From: Prorocentrum cordatum
Lineage: Eukaryota
Direction of reading: 5' to 3'
DNA: 64,000 bases
Assembly (NCBI GenBank): GCA_963575745.1
Contig: CAUYUJ010000203.1
Span: 434,001-498,000 of the forward strand
Shown: in pieces, positions 1-13,583 of the stretch
Position numbering within the stretch: position 1 is the stretch's first letter
How the letters are laid out: each line of letters starts with the position of its first letter
Notes under the pieces: model-generated
Told to the model about the DNA's origin: nothing
Database searches by the model: none
Seen by the model: the letters and a program-made list of their open reading frames with translations, nothing else
Position numbers and translations under genes: made by a program

Positions 1-1291
1 GAGATCGACGGTGAGGTCGATGGATGGTGAGATCAATAGATACAGTGAGATCGATCGTGGAATAAGTAGTAGCTTTTCCGTGGTGTCGCGTGGTGTCTCG
101 TGCTACCCTGTGGCCTTGTGTATGCTGTTCCGTGGTGTCTCGCGGTGCCTCGTGTCGATAGATCGATAGCGGGACTGTAGATAGATAAGTCGATAGTGAG
201 GTCAATCGGTAGATGTCTCATGGTGCTCGTGGTCGGTAGTAAGATCAAGAGTGAGATCGCTACGTAGATAGTGAGATCGATTGTGCGGTGGATAATGAAA
301 CCCATGGGTAGTGTGACTGGTAGATGGGTAGAGGGTCGCGATGGTGTCGTCTATTTGCCTCAGCAGTGTCTTGAGGTGCTCCGTCCGATGGTATCCCGAT
401 GGTGTCCCGATGCTGACCCGATACTGCTGCACAGGTGGTGCCCCAGTGGCCTCACCAGCGTCGGTATTACGCATCGTCGCCGACTCGTGAGCACATCACC
501 CTCATCGTCACCATCACAATCGTCTCAGTTGTCAGCAGTCCCCCCCCCTACCCACGACCTCCTGATTACCCGAAGGGTGGTCGTATGGGTACGAAAAGTA
601 GATCCCGAAAAGTATACCGAACTGAAGCGAATGTGCTAGCTAATCCCCTATGGCGTTTCGAGATGAACTTCAACGCATTTCTGCGCACGTTTCGGATGTG
701 CCGCTCAATTGGTGCACTTCTTCGCTGGCTGAGAGGAACTCAACAAATTTAGTCTGCTCTCACGCTGCGTAGTCATAATTCCACACAGGGTCGCGCTTTG
801 CCAAAACATAGGACGCTGCGAAATTGGGCCTCAATCCGTTGCAAGCCATGGGCTGTGCCCGAAAGGGCACCCAAAGAAAGACGTCATCCGTGGCGCGGCT
901 GGGCCGCCCGATCGATGATGCATTTTCTAGAAGGAGCAAGAAATAACATGCATCTCAACTTTCGGAGTCCGTCGGGAGGGCCAACACCGATCCGAGACAT
1001 CCGCGCAGAGCTCCGGAAGTGTATGCTTGTGCCGTTTCTTGTTCGTTGATCTTCGCAGCGCGATGCTCCGACCCTGACGGCGGCAACGGCGGCGTCAGTC
1101 AATCAATCAATTCGCGGAGCCCAACGGCGGCGGCCCACCTCACAGGGCGATCACCTCACATGCACGGCTGGCCAGGTCGACCGAGCGGCGGCAGCCTAGC
1201 CGCCCCTGAGGAAGCCCCCAAAGATCTCGCTGAACGAGGGCCCCTCCTGGACGCTGAAGAGCGCCACGGGGCCGACCTTAGAGGCATCCTG

Positions 1292-1509
1292 GATGGGGTC
1301 CGAGTAGATGGGGTCGGGGGATCGCGCCGCATCGCCGATGCATCGCCGATGTATCGCCGATGCATCGGCGATGCATCGGCGATGCATCGGCGACGTCGCG
1401 ATGCATCGGCGACGCCAGCGTGGAGAGCATCGGACTCCAGATCGAGCCGCATCGCCGATGCATCGGCGATGCGGCGCGATCCTCCGACCCCATCTACTCC
1501 GACCCCATC
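1292..1509. repeat. Fold-back element with about 54-bp terminal inverted repeats and a CATCG(C/G)CGATG array
   Basis: 1292-1345 is the reverse complement of about 1456-1509 with 2 mismatches. A diverged second module lies at about 1695-1880. Confidence 0.8.
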
Positions 1510-3668
1510 TGGGAGGCCTAGAGACCTTCATGTCCCCCTTCTGGTTGCCGGTCACCACCATCAGCCCCTCCGCACCCTCGGGCACCTTCGTGCGCGGGAG
1601 GTCGAACTGCAGATCTTCGCCCGTCTTGCGCAGCAGCTTCACGGCCGACTGCGCCGACGACAGCCTCAGGGCAAGGGGCATTATAGGAGGACACCCGGAT
1701 CGGGTCCGAGCAGGTGTGGTCGGAAGATCGCGCGGCATCGCCGATGCACCGCCGAAGCATCGCCGAAGCATCGGCGACGTCGGCGATGCACGGGAGACGT
1801 CGGCGTGGGGAAAGCCGGGCCCCACATCGAGCCGCATCGCCGATGCATCGGCGACGCGTCGGGGTCCTCCGACAACATCTGCAATCGAGCCTGAATGGAG
1901 AGGACACGCGAGAGCAAGCAAAGCCCTTTTGAGGGCCAACTGGCCGCAGGAATGTAAAAGGCATAGGCCGCTAAACGCAGAACAAGAGGGCGGCCCTTGA
2001 TTCGGGCAGGGTCGACGTCCTACCCAAAATCGACTGCACTCGAACACGACTCGGGAGGCATGGAACAATTTGCCACCGCACACCCTGGGGCCCATTGCTT
2101 CAGAGGAGCAGGTGGCCACCTGGCCTGGACTCCACACGGCCCAGGCCCAGAGTCGGCCTGGTGAAAGCAAACCTGGTGGCAAGCGCCCTCTCGACGATCC
2201 TCAGGAGCATTCGGCGGCGCTGCAGGAGGTGGTAAACCCAGACATTGGCCTAACACACGTCCTGAGGATCATCGACCCTCTCTCCCATAAGTCCACCATA
2301 AGCCCCCCATTGGCCAACACCGAAGCGGAACAGATCGGGGATCTCTGGGACCCGGCCCTTCTGGAGGATGCATCGGGCACCGCGGCCCTTCCAGAGCGCT
2401 CGGGACTCAAGGAATGCTCCGAGGGCGTCCCGGGACGCCCTGGAACGACTTTGAACCTGGCCCTGGACCCGCCCAACCTCAGCCCCTGCCCCTCCCCGAG
2501 AGCCTCTTGCCGCGCGCCGCCCACCACAGGGTGTAGTGGTCCAGGCTCGACTCGTCCAGGGCCCTCTTGATGCGCACTGGCCCCTTCCGAAGGGCAACGT
2601 GAGGGGGGGGCCGGCTCAGGGAGGAAACATCGACCTGGAATCGGCGAAACGTGGACTGCGAATCCAGGCGTTCCTGCACGGGGCTGGCTATCGGGCCCCT
2701 AGCGGCGATCGATGGGCGATTGGGGGTCGATGCGTCCCCCCTTGAGCCCATCTCGCCCAGTGATCCTCATCGTCTGGCTTTTGAGTCAGACCTCGGGCCT
2801 CCGGCGGCAGTTCTGGACGATCCAGGCACCCCCGGAGCCGCTCCGGACGGGGTGCAGCCGATAGGGAGCACCCCGAAGCTGGAAAACCGCCAAGAACCGT
2901 CGGAAACACCCGAAAATCACCAAAAGCTCCCCTATCCACAAAACTCCCCCTGAGCCTTCGGTCAGGCAGTCAGGCATTCTTGCTTAGCGTGTCGCGACAC
3001 GCTATGCCTTGCAAGCTTGTAGCGTGTCGTTCCGCCTCCTCAGCCTCCCCCTCCGCCTTCTCCCCCTCCTCCTCCTCCTCCTCCTCCTCCTCCTCCTCCT
3101 CCTCCTCCTCCTCCTCCGGCCCTGTCGAGGTTGGGGGGAGGGTGCCGAAACGCACGAAGAGCCTGGCAAAGCAGGAGGGCACAGACCCGACTTGTCTGAT
3201 TGATGCTCTGGGGGGGGCCTGTGCTCAGGGGAGGCTGCAGAACCGCTCAACGATGTGTTGTTTAAATCGAACCTGCAGTGTGGGCCCTTTCCGTCAGGGG
3301 GAGTCGCCCAGATCTTCTCAATAGGCCACTCCGTTAACCTCTCTGGAGCTCCGCGCGCGCGCCTCCTCCTTCTCCTCCTCCTTCTCCTCCTCCTCTTCCT
3401 CCTCCTCCTCCTCCTCCTCCCCATCCTCTTCCTCATCCTAGTCCTCCTCCTCCTCCTCCTCCTCCGCCTCCTCCTCTTCCTCCCCCTCCTCTTCCTCCTT
3501 CTCCTCGTATGTCTCCTCCTCCTCCTCCTCCTCCTCCTCCCCCTCCTCTTCTCCTCCTCCTCCTCCCCTCCCTCTCCTATCCCTCCTCCTCCTCCTCCTC
3601 CTCCTGCTCCTCCTCTTCCTCCTCTTCCTCCGAGTTCTCCTCCTCCTCCCCCCCCTCCTCCTCCTCCG

Positions 3669-5100
3669 TAGGCGCCAGCGTTGATGCTGGCGTCGGTGCT
3701 AGCGTCGGCGCTGGCGTAGGCGCTGGCGTTGGTGCTGGCGTCGGTGATGCCATTGGTGCTGGTCGAGACGCTGCCAGCGAAGGCGCTGGCGTTAGTGCTG
3801 GTGTCAGTGTAGGCGTCGGCGCCGTTGTAGGCGATGGCGTCAGTGTCCGCGCAGGCGCAGTCGTTGGTGCTGGCGTCGGTGCTGGCGTCGGCGCAGGCGT
3901 AGGCGCGGGCGTTGGTGCTGGCGTCGGTGTTTGTGCCAATGCTGGTGTTGGCGCCGGCGTTGACGCCGGCGTAGTCACCGGAGTTGGCGCTGGCGTCAGT
4001 GCTGATGTAGACGCCGGTATAGGCGAGGGCGCTGGTCCCCGCGCAGGCGCAAGCGTTGATGCTTGCGTCGGTGCTGGCGGCGGCACTGGCGCAGGCGCCT
4101 TCGTTCATAATGGCGTTGGTGCTGGTGTAGGCGCTGGCGTTGGTACCAGCGTAGGCGCCAGCGTTGGTGCTGGCGTCGTAGATGCCGTCGGAGCAGGTGC
4201 AGGCGCTGGCGCTGTTGCCAGCAGAGGCGCTGGCGTTAGTGCTGACTACGGAACTCACGAAACCTGAGTGTAGGCGTCGGCGTTGGTGCCAGCGTAGGTG
4301 CAAGCGTTGACGCTGGCGTCGGAGACATGCTTGGTGCCGACGTAGGCGCAGGCGGTGATTCCGGCGTCGGTGCTTGTGTCGGCGCCAGTGCCAGCGGAGG
4401 CGCTGGCGTTGCTGCTGGCGTCGGTGCCGGCGTCGGCGCTGGAGGCGCTGGCGTTGGTGCAGGCGCAGTCGCAGGCGTTGATGGCAGCGTCGGTGATGGC
4501 GTCGGCGCTCACCTAGGCGGGTGCTGGTGTCGGTGCTGGCGTCGGTGCTGGTGTAGGCGCCAACTTTGGTGCCGACTTCGGCACCGGCGTTGGTGCCGGC
4601 GTCGCTGTAGACGTCGGTGCTGGTGTAGGCCCTGGAGCTGCTGATCGTCCACTCGCCGAGCTCGCGGCCCGAGGGTGGGCCCGAACTCCTCATCGACCGT
4701 GGTTTCTATCTATTTGAGGTCCATCCTGCGCGGACCACCTATGACGATTATTGCCCGGGCAATTTGGCCCCACCTGGTTCTCCGAATGTCCGCACACGTG
4801 TTGCGCCGACTGGCGAACAACCGCCCGAATTTCCGCCCCTCTGGCAGGGCGGTGGTGCAGGCAATGTGGTGCAAGCATTCGTGTCCCCGCCGCGTGGCCG
4901 ATGGAATCTTGATGACAGAAAAACCTGAAAGCCGGCAGAGGCGCAGGCGTCGATGCCGGCGTAGACGCCGGCGCTGGCGCCGGCGTCGGAGCGCTGGCGT
5001 CGATACTGGTGCAGCCGCAGGCGTCGGTGCCGGCGTAGGCGCAGGCGTCGGTGCTGGTGCAAGCGCTGGTGTTGGTGTCAGCGCAGGGGCAGGCGACGGT
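3669..5100. repeat. Degenerate 6/12-bp minisatellite (GGCGTYGGTGCT)n, interrupted at about 4630-4930
   Basis: Direct reading; it yields spurious AGVG/PAPT ORFs. Confidence 0.85.
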
Positions 5101-5209
5101 GACTACGGACGGCGAGCGTTACGACAAGACAAGGTGGAAACCGTGACACGCCCAGGCGGGTATTCCGTGACATCACGCAGCCCCCAGAGCTGCAAGCGTC
5201 ATGACCATG

Positions 5210-5841
5210 GTGATCGCAAGTCATCCGCATCCTCATCCTCATCATCTTCATCATAATCGTAATCCTCACCATCATCGGAAAAAAAAAACAATTATCATCC
5301 TGATCCTCATGATCCTCATCCTCATTATAATTAACACCCTCAGCACCATCATTCTCATCATCCTTATTATCATTGTTGTCATTATTATTATCATAATCGT
5401 CCTCGCCAGCATCCTCATCATCACTGTCATAATCCTCATGACCCTCGTCATCACCATCATCGTCATCATCAGCCTCATCATCATCCTGACCATCATTATC
5501 CTCATCCTCACCCTCATCCTCAATATGATCATCATCAGCATCATCATCATCAACATTATCATCGTATTCAACATCATCAACACCATCATCCCCACCACCA
5601 TCATCATCACCACCATCATCAGCATCATCGTAATCATCATCATCAGCCTCACCGTCATCGTCATCATCATCAACACCACCATCATCCGCATCCTCATCCT
5701 CATCCTCATCCCCATCCTCATCCTCATCATCCTCATAAGCATCATCAGCATCATCAACATCATCGTCATCATCATTAGCATCATCATCATCACCACCACC
5801 ACCATCATCATCGTCATCATCATTAGCATCATCATCATCAT

Positions 5842-5873
<32 letters not shown>

Positions 5874-5919
5874 TCATCATCTTCATCATCACCACCACCA
5901 CCATCATCATCATCATCAA

Positions 5920-5979
<60 letters not shown>

Positions 5980-6042
5980 CATCATCCTCATCATCCTCAT
6001 CATCCTCATCCTCATCCTCATCCTCATTCTCATCCTCATCAT
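5210..6042. repeat. Degenerate (ATC)n microsatellite
   Basis: Direct reading. Confidence 0.95.
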
Positions 6043-6107
6043 CGCCGTCCTCCCCCCGCTCCTCCTCGCCCCCCCCTCCCCCTCCCCCACCCAGCGCAGC
6101 CCCTGAC

Positions 6108-6243
6108 CTTCACGAAGCCCGGGCGCGCGTCGCGGTCGTCGAATTCGACGCCCCGCGCCCGGACGCTCGGCACGTACAGGGCCACGCCCGCGGCGGCGCG
6201 CGCCTTGGCCTGCTCTTCGCTGTGCCCGGCGGCCGAGGCCGTC
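6108..6243 (-). CDS. Exon of left host gene (TASAAGHSEEQAKARAAAGVALYVPSVRARGVEFDDRDARPGFVK)
   Basis: AG|G acceptor, AAG|GTCAGG donor, strong GC3; an island between low-complexity tracts. Confidence 0.62.
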
Positions 6244-6589
6244 CTTCGGAGGAGGGCCACTCGAGACCACGGCGGCTCCCTCGGCCCTTCCCTTCCGTTC
6301 TGCCTTCCCTTCCCTTCCTCCTTCCCTCCTTCTCCTTCCCTCCTTCCCTCCTCCCTTCCCTTCCTTTCTTCCCTCCTTCCTCCTTCCCTGCCTCCTCCTT
6401 CCCTCCTCCTCCTCAACCTCTCCTTCCCCTCCTACCCCTTCTTCCTCCCCCTCCGCCTCCGCCTCCTCATCCGTCGCTCTTCTTTCTAAGTCACTCCTCC
6501 CTGTCGCACCCCGAGGCCGGTCGAAAACGGCGGGCTGGGCGTTTCGCCCGAGACTTCCTCGCCGTCCATGGTCCCGAAGCTAAATACGC

Positions 6590-6935
6590 AACAGTTCCAC
6601 GGATGGAGGGCGGTCCGTTTTCGAAACGTGGCTCGCGCCTCAGCGCCGCGCAGGGTCGCCCCAAAAAGTGCCGGAGCTTCACTGATGGAGGCGGCCCGTT
6701 TTCAAGATGTGGCTCTCGCCTTCGCGTCGCGCGCGCTCGTCTTCAACAAAGCCAGAGCTTCACAAATGGAAGGCGGTCGCCCACCGTGTTTTCAAAAGTG
6801 GCCCTCGCCTCAGCCCCGCGCACAGTCGTCTCAGGAGTTTGCAAGTGTTCGAAGGATGGAGGGCGGTCCGTTTGCAAAATGTGGCTCTCGCCTTAGCGCA
6901 GCGCACATTCGTCCTCAGAGTTTGCAAGAGCTTCA
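6590..6935. repeat. About 85-bp tandem repeat, 4 diverged copies
   Basis: ATGGAGGGCGGTCCGTTT...GTGGCTCTCGCCT recurs near 6603, 6685, 6766 and 6856. Confidence 0.8.
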
Positions 6936-8216
6936 CGGGTTCTCATGGTTAACGCCCCAAAGATGGTTTTGGCAGGGTGTCGGAATGTCAGGGCGCAACA
7001 GTCACGTTCAATTGCGGTGCTGAAGTTCCAGAAATGGCGTCGTGGCACGAATCAGGATCGTCAAGAAACAACCGAAATGGTGACTCGCGGCGCTGAAGTC
7101 CTAGGAATGCCGTCCTGGCACAGCTCCGGATTTTCAAACGGCTGTCCTCCAACGGGGAACCACCCTCAGTGAAAATCAATCCCATGTCGTTGAAAAGTCT
7201 TGGGTTTGCACCAGCCCCTCCTCCTCCTCCTCCTCCTCCTCCTCCTCCTCTTCCTCCTCCTCCTCCTCCTCCTGCTCCTCCTCCTCCTCTTCCTCCTTCC
7301 CTTTGCTCCTCCTCCTCCTCCTTTTCTTCCTCCTCCTTCCCCTCCTCCTCCTCCTCCTCCTCCTCCTCCTCTTCCTCCTCCTCCTCCTCCTCCTCCTCCT
7401 CCTCCTCCTCCTCCTCTCCCTCCTCCCCCTCCTCATCCTCCCCCTCTTCCGCCTCCCTTGCCTCCTCCAATTCCGCCTCACCTTCCTCCGCCAACCCTTC
7501 CTCCTCCACCTCCTCCTTTGAATCGTTCTCCACGCGATCAGGCCAGTCGAGGCAATGGCGGCCCTCTCGCTGGCTGGTGTGCTTCGTCCCCAGGCGTGCT
7601 CTCGTCGTAAGACAGATCGCGACGGAACTGCTCTGGCAGTGTCTGGCCTCTTCGGGGCCCCTCGCCCGGCCCTGTAGGAGTAAAGTCGGGCCTGTCTCCC
7701 TACAGGGGGATTTTGGACGAAAAATTGTCAATACCCCCAGAATGCCCCCCAACTGCCCCAAGCCGGTCAAAGCATCGTCCCCCAACTATTTGTCACTACT
7801 TTTGAATCTTCCCCCTGCAGAGGGTCAGGCCCGACTGAACTGTAGGACCATGAAAAAAACGGCGTGGGAAGAAACACGGGCCCTTGTGAAAGGGTGGGGA
7901 CTTCCGGGGACGCATGTTTTTGCAGGATGGTCCAGGATGGTCCTCGCCGAGAAAATTGCATACGTCCGAGCGATGCCACGCCTACGGAAAAGGTCAGGAC
8001 GTCGCATGCTTGGGGGGCCAGTCGAGACAGCGGCGGCTCTCTTGCTGGCGCTCTTCGCCCTCTCTGGGCCTCCTGGAGGCTCCTCGTCGCCAAACGCGGG
8101 TCCGCCTCGAACAACGGGTCGGCATGGAACCCCGGGAGGGGTCTGGGTACCGACTTGGCGCCGAGGTGGGGCGGGCGGGAGAGCCGCCGTTGCCTCAGCT
8201 GGCCCTGCTCCGAGTC

Positions 8217-8266
8217 CTGGCGGTGCCCTCCTGGAGCAGGGAGGCGGCGGAGTTGTGGTCGGCGAC
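8217..8266 (-). CDS. Exon of left host gene (VADHNSAASLLQEGTA-R)
   Basis: CAG|G acceptor; GA donor in phase 2 matches the phase of the exon at 6243. Confidence 0.55.
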
Positions 8267-8599
8267 CTGGGGGCGGGGGGGGGGGGAAGCGGTGGGAGGA
8301 TGCGCAGGAGGGCGAGGAGGACGAGGAGGGGGAAAGGAGGAGGGAGGGATTCGCTGGGAAAGATTCGCATCGATGCCGTCCTCGCGGCAGAGCCCACACC
8401 CAGCCCCCAGCGTCACCGTGGAAGTCGAAAACAACAAAAGAACCCTGGGCGCAAGGATGGCCGTCAGTTCAGAGGCGCATCGCACGCCAAAACAGGAGGT
8501 CCAGGAATCGGCCAGGGAGGAAAGAGGGAGAGGCATGATGAGACGGACGAGGAGGAGGAGCGGCGGGAGGAGAAGCAAGAGGAGGAGCCGACGGCCGAC

Positions 8600-8668
8600 C
8601 CACGTCGGCAGCGTCTGGTTGGCCGGGCTCTGCCGGTCGGCGGGCTTGGACTTGGGCTTCTTCGGCGC
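8600..8668 (-). CDS. Exon of left host gene (APKKPKSKPADRQSPANQTLPTW), unknown product
   Basis: AG|G acceptor, GT donor, 23 codons, GC3-rich; G|GTCG shared with the next acceptor. Confidence 0.55.
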
Positions 8669-10289
8669 CTTAGAAGTCCCCCTCCACGCCAATCCAGATC
8701 GGTCAACGCCTTCCCCATCGAGTAAGCGCAGCAGGAAGGTGGAGAGAGCAAGAAGAGGGAGGCAGTGGAGGATGGCGGGAGGAGGGCCATGTGGGGGGAG
8801 GGGGATGACTTCACACAGGCAAATCAAAAGCGTAAGAGGATGATGGAGGGATGAGAGGAGGAGGAGGATGGAGGAGGATGAGGATGAGGAGGTGCAGGAG
8901 AAGGTTGGGATGGGGACCCAAAGTGATCCACCCCCGGTACACCCCCGAGCGCATGGCACTCTGCCGATTGAGAACCCGTCCCATCGACTTGCCATGTGCG
9001 CGTGTACCTTCACGCGGGCGACGTGACGGGCAGTCCGATCGACGTGCGCGACTGCACGATCGACCAACCCGCGGGGCTCGGCACCGACCGATCGACGACC
9101 AGGGGTCGACGGAAGGACGAGTGAGCCAGGGCGAGGGAGAGGGACGAGGGAGAACTGAGGGAGGGAAGGGAAGGGCGGGGGAGGAGAAGTGAGAAGGCGG
9201 ACGAAGAAAGAAGAATAACAACAATAATACGTACTGCGACGGTCGGACCCCACATGAGCACCTCCTCAGTCTGCCTGGGCGTAACGCTCGCCTCCATTCT
9301 GTCCCATCCCTGGGATTCAAGAAACATAAGAGGCGGGCCCCATAGGGAGGGGGCTCCCCGCACGAGACTTCCCCACAAATCACTCACAGACGACTCCCGC
9401 TCAAGACTTGCTCCATGCTCAATTCTCAGGAGCTCAAACATGATGACAAGTACACGTTTCGAATGTGCCCCTGGAATTAGATATATGAAGCGCGGGTCCC
9501 ATAGGGAAGGGCTCCCGCCTGAGACTTCCTCGCAATCCACTCACAGGCGAGGCCCCCGCCTGAGACTTCATCAAGATTCAAGCTTCGGGGGCCCAGAAAT
9601 GACGACAATTTACAAGATTAAAACTACTTCCTGAAATCCCAGACTTGTCTGCGCATGCTAAGCAGATTTGTCGCAATTCTGGTCGGAACTGTTCAGACTT
9701 GGGCACTTTCCCAGCAGAAGCCTGGACAGCAGCGGTGCGCAAGTATACTGTCTAGCGCACGCTCGTGCCATTGCTCATGTGCCTACGGGCACGCGGCTTC
9801 ATTCCTTCACTCATTCCTGAAATCCCACCAGACCTCTGGGCTGAGCGGTCGAACGTCGCTCCCTGCCACAACCCCTCCGACCCCTGCTGGGGGGAGGGGC
9901 TGATCACTGCTTCCTGTTAGCATACGCCCCCATCGCCCAGGCGACCGGCGGCCAACCAGAAACCATGCTCCCCCCCACAATCCCTTTCAACAAGCAGTGC
10001 AAAACGCTCTCTGCCTCCACGTTTGGAACATGCGCCGACACACCGATGCGGCCCCCCACACCATCCCTCTCAAAAACAATGCAAACTACACTTTGGGGAA
10101 AAATCTTGAATCATGTGCGTGAGACCCGCGAGCACCTTGTATTGTTCCCAAACCTCCTGCGTTGGGTACTCGTTTTGAGTAGAGCACTGCGGTCGCACAC
10201 CTTCTTGCTCCTCCCGCCCCCTCTCTCCTTCTCTCCTGCCTCTCACCTCGCTCTTTCGTGCGTGTCAGATTACCTCCTACCTGGCCATC

Positions 10290-11335
10290 GTTGGGGGGGG
10301 TGCGATCTGCGAACGTGTCGCCACTTTCGAGGACTGCTGGGGGGTCCAGCGGGGTGACGTCCCACGCGGACTCAAGTAACACCTCGCCATCCCTGGGGGG
10401 GGCAGCGATCTGCGAAACAGTCGCCACGTTCGAAGGCTGCTGGGGGGTCCAGCGGGGTAACGTCCCACGCGGACTCAAAACAGACCTCGCCATATCGGGG
10501 GGGGGGAGGGGGCGATCTGCAAAACTGTTGCCACTTTCGACGACTGTTGGGGGGTCCAGCGGGGTGACGTCCCACGCGGACTCAAAACAGACCTCGCCAT
10601 ATCGGGGGGGGGGGCTGCAACCTGCGAAACAATCGCCACTTTCGAAGGCTGTTGGGGGGTCCAGCGGGGTGACGTCCCACGCGGACTCAAATAAGATCTC
10701 GCCGTCTCTGGGGGGCTGCGATCTGCGAAACAGTCGCCACTTTCGAAGGCTGTTGGGGGGTCCAGCGGAGTGGCGCCTCACGCGGGCTCCACTTAGGCCT
10801 AGCCATTCCTGGGGGGCTGCGACCTGCGAAACAATCGCCACTTTCGAGGGCTGCTGGGGGGTACAGCGGAGAAGCGTCTTACGCGGAACCAAATGAATGC
10901 GATGTGCGAAAGTGTCGCCACTTTCGAGGGCTGCTGGGGAGGTTCCAGCGGAGCGACGTCTTACGCGGACTCAAATTAAACATCGCCACCCCTGGGGGGC
11001 TGCGATCTGCAAAACTGTCGCCACTTCCGATGGCTCCTAGGGGGGTCCAGCGGAGTGACGTTTCACGCGGACTCAAGTCACGCCTCGCCATCCCTGGGGG
11101 GGCTGCGAGCTGCGAACATGTCGCTCAGCGGAAGGACGTCTTACCCAGATTCAAACTAAACCTCGCCATCCCTGGGGGACTGCGATCTGCGAAACTGTCG
11201 CCACTTTCGAGGACTGCTGCGGAGTCCAGCGGAGTGACGCACTGCGCAGAATCAGGTTCGACACCATGTTTGGGATGCTGCGATCTGGAAAGCGGTCGCC
11301 ACTTGCGAGGGCTGCTGGGGGGTCCAGCGGGGCGT
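10290..11335. repeat. About 115-bp satellite, about 9 copies
   Basis: GGGGGCTGCGATCTGCGAAA..TCGCCACTTTCGA.GGCTGCTGGGGGGTCCAGCGG...CACGCGGACTCAA recurs. Confidence 0.9.
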
Positions 11336-11644
11336 TGTCGCGGGCCGCCCGCAGACCTGGCGGCGCGCCTTGGAGCGCTTACCTCTCGCACTGAACAGTG
11401 CAGGAAGGAAACAGGGAAGCTGGCGGGCAAGGTAGGCCTCGCTCGATTCTTGCACTTAATATAAGCATGTTTAATCCTTGTGTCGGGCGCCGCGGCGACA
11501 TGGAGCAAGCAACGCTGCATAGTTAGCGCACCACCGACAAACACAACACGTGTCGGCCTAGCCAAACTTAGCCTGACAAAGAACCCCACCGTATGCAGTT
11601 GTCAATACCGTCATTGTTAGTATCGTCTTCAATTGTTCTCCTTA

Positions 11645-13500
11645 TGAGGCCACGAGGCGCGTGACAAGTGTGCCGACATGGGGCAGGTCGGAACTCAAGA
11701 TGGGGCCACGAAACGTGTGAGGGGTGCAACAAAATGGAGCGGTGCCGCCATGCGGACTGCGACACAGGGACCTTCGGTGGAGCTCCCTATGGGGCCACGA
11801 AACGTGTGAGGGGTACGCCAAAATCGGGCGGCGCCGCCATGCGGACTGCGCCACTGGGACCTTAGGTAGAACTCCCTATGGGGCCACGAAACTTGTGAAG
11901 GGTGTGCAGCGCCGCCATGCGGACTGCGCCACGGGGGCCTTAGATGGAGCTCCGTATGGGGCCACGGGGCCACGAAACGTGTGAGGGGTGCGCCAAAATG
12001 GGGCGGCGCCGCCATACGGGCTGTGCCACTGGGGCCCTGGGTGGAACTCCCTATGGGGCCACGAAACGTGTGAGGTGTGTGTGTGTGTGTGTGTGCGTGT
12101 GCGTGTGCGTGTGCGTGTGCGTGTGCGTGTGCGTGTGCGTGTGCGTGTGCGTGTGCGTGTGCGTGTGCGTGTGCGTGTGCGTGTGCGTGTGCGTGTGTGT
12201 GCGTGTGTGTGTGCGAAAATGGGGCGGCGCCGCCATGCGAACTGCGCCACTGGGACCTTAGGTGGAGTTCCCTATGGGGTCACAAAGCGTGCGAGACGGG
12301 TGCGCCAAAATGCGGCGGCGCCGCCATGCGGATTGCGCTACTGGGACCTTAGATGGAGCTCCCTATGGGGCCACGAAGCGTGCGAGGGGTATGCCAAAAC
12401 GGGGCGGCGCCGCCATGCGGACTGCGCCACTGAGACCTTAGGTGGAGCTCCCTGTGGCCACGAAACGTGTGAGGGGTGTGCCCAAATGGGGCGGCGCCGC
12501 TGTGCGCAGGGCTACACACCCTAACAAAATATGAGCCTGACGAAAGACCCAACCATATGCAGCTGCGAGAGCAGCGAGGGAGATAGGAGGAAGGAGGAGG
12601 GCACGCAAACCCCGAATGGCGCACGCGGTATACCCTCTGCTCGCACACACACAACGTGCCGCATGAAGAACGAGGCACGGGGCAGTGCGGGCAGGGGGGA
12701 GGGGACGAATGGGTGGGACTTTCGGTGGAGCTCCCTATGGGGCCACAAAGCGCTGTACTGGGTGTGGCGGTACATCTCCCTATGAAGCCACGAAGCGCTG
12801 TACTGGGTGTGCCGGGCGCATGCGGGCACCCCCTTTGGGCCCTCGGTGGAGGTCCCTATGGGGTCACGAAGCGCTGTACTGGGTGTGGCGGACGCATGCG
12901 GGCACCCCCACTGGGGCCTTAGGTGGGGCTCCCTGTGAGGCCACGAAGCGCTGTACTGAGTGTGGCGGACGCGTGCAGGCACCCCCACTGTGGCCTTCGG
13001 TGGAGCTCCCTATGAGGCCACGAAGACTTGTACTGGATGTGGCGGACGCATGCGAGCACCCCAACTGGGGCATTCGGTGGAGCTCGCTCTGGGGCCACGA
13101 AGCGCTGCACTGGGTGTGGCGGGCGCATGCGGGCACCCCCACTGGGGCCTTCGGTGGAGCTCCCTATGGGGCCACGAAGCGTTGAACCGGGTGTGGCGGA
13201 CGCATGCGGGCACCCCCACTGGGGCCTTCAGTGGAGTCCCCTATGGGGCCACGAAACGCTGTACTGGGTGTGGCAGACGCATGCGGGCACTCTCCTTGGG
13301 TGGCTTTCGGTGGAGCTCCGAATGAGGCTACGACACGGCTGTACTGGGTGTGGCGGAAGCATGCGGACACCCCAACTGGGGCCTTCGGTGGAGCTCACTA
13401 TGGGGCCACGAAGCGCTGTACTGGGTGTGGCGAACGCATGTGGGCCCCCCCACTGGGGCCTTCGGTGGAGCTCCTGATGGGGCCACGGAACGTGTGAGTG
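11645..13500. repeat. Satellite array of two related subfamilies (about 105-bp then about 77-bp units) sharing GGTGGAGCTCCCTATGGGGCCACGAA; (GTGTGC)n at 12075-12213
   Basis: Direct reading. Confidence 0.9.
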
Positions 13501-13549
13501 GTGTACCGAAATCGTGGACATGCGGTGAGCAAAGGCAGGGATGGGAGCA

Positions 13550-13583
<34 letters not shown>

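Noticed and set aside
4630..4695. GC3-rich island inside the minisatellite
   Set aside because: Exon-like on both strands; cannot be assigned.
3002..6270. Long poly-I/M/R/AGVG ORFs (also at 26716-27837, 36802-38596, 49232-50285, 54942-56856)
   Set aside because: Stop-free frames of simple repeats with no coding complexity.
9008..9080. Possible upstream exon ending GTGAAG|GTACAC
   Set aside because: Good donor but no clear AG|G acceptor or preferred frame.
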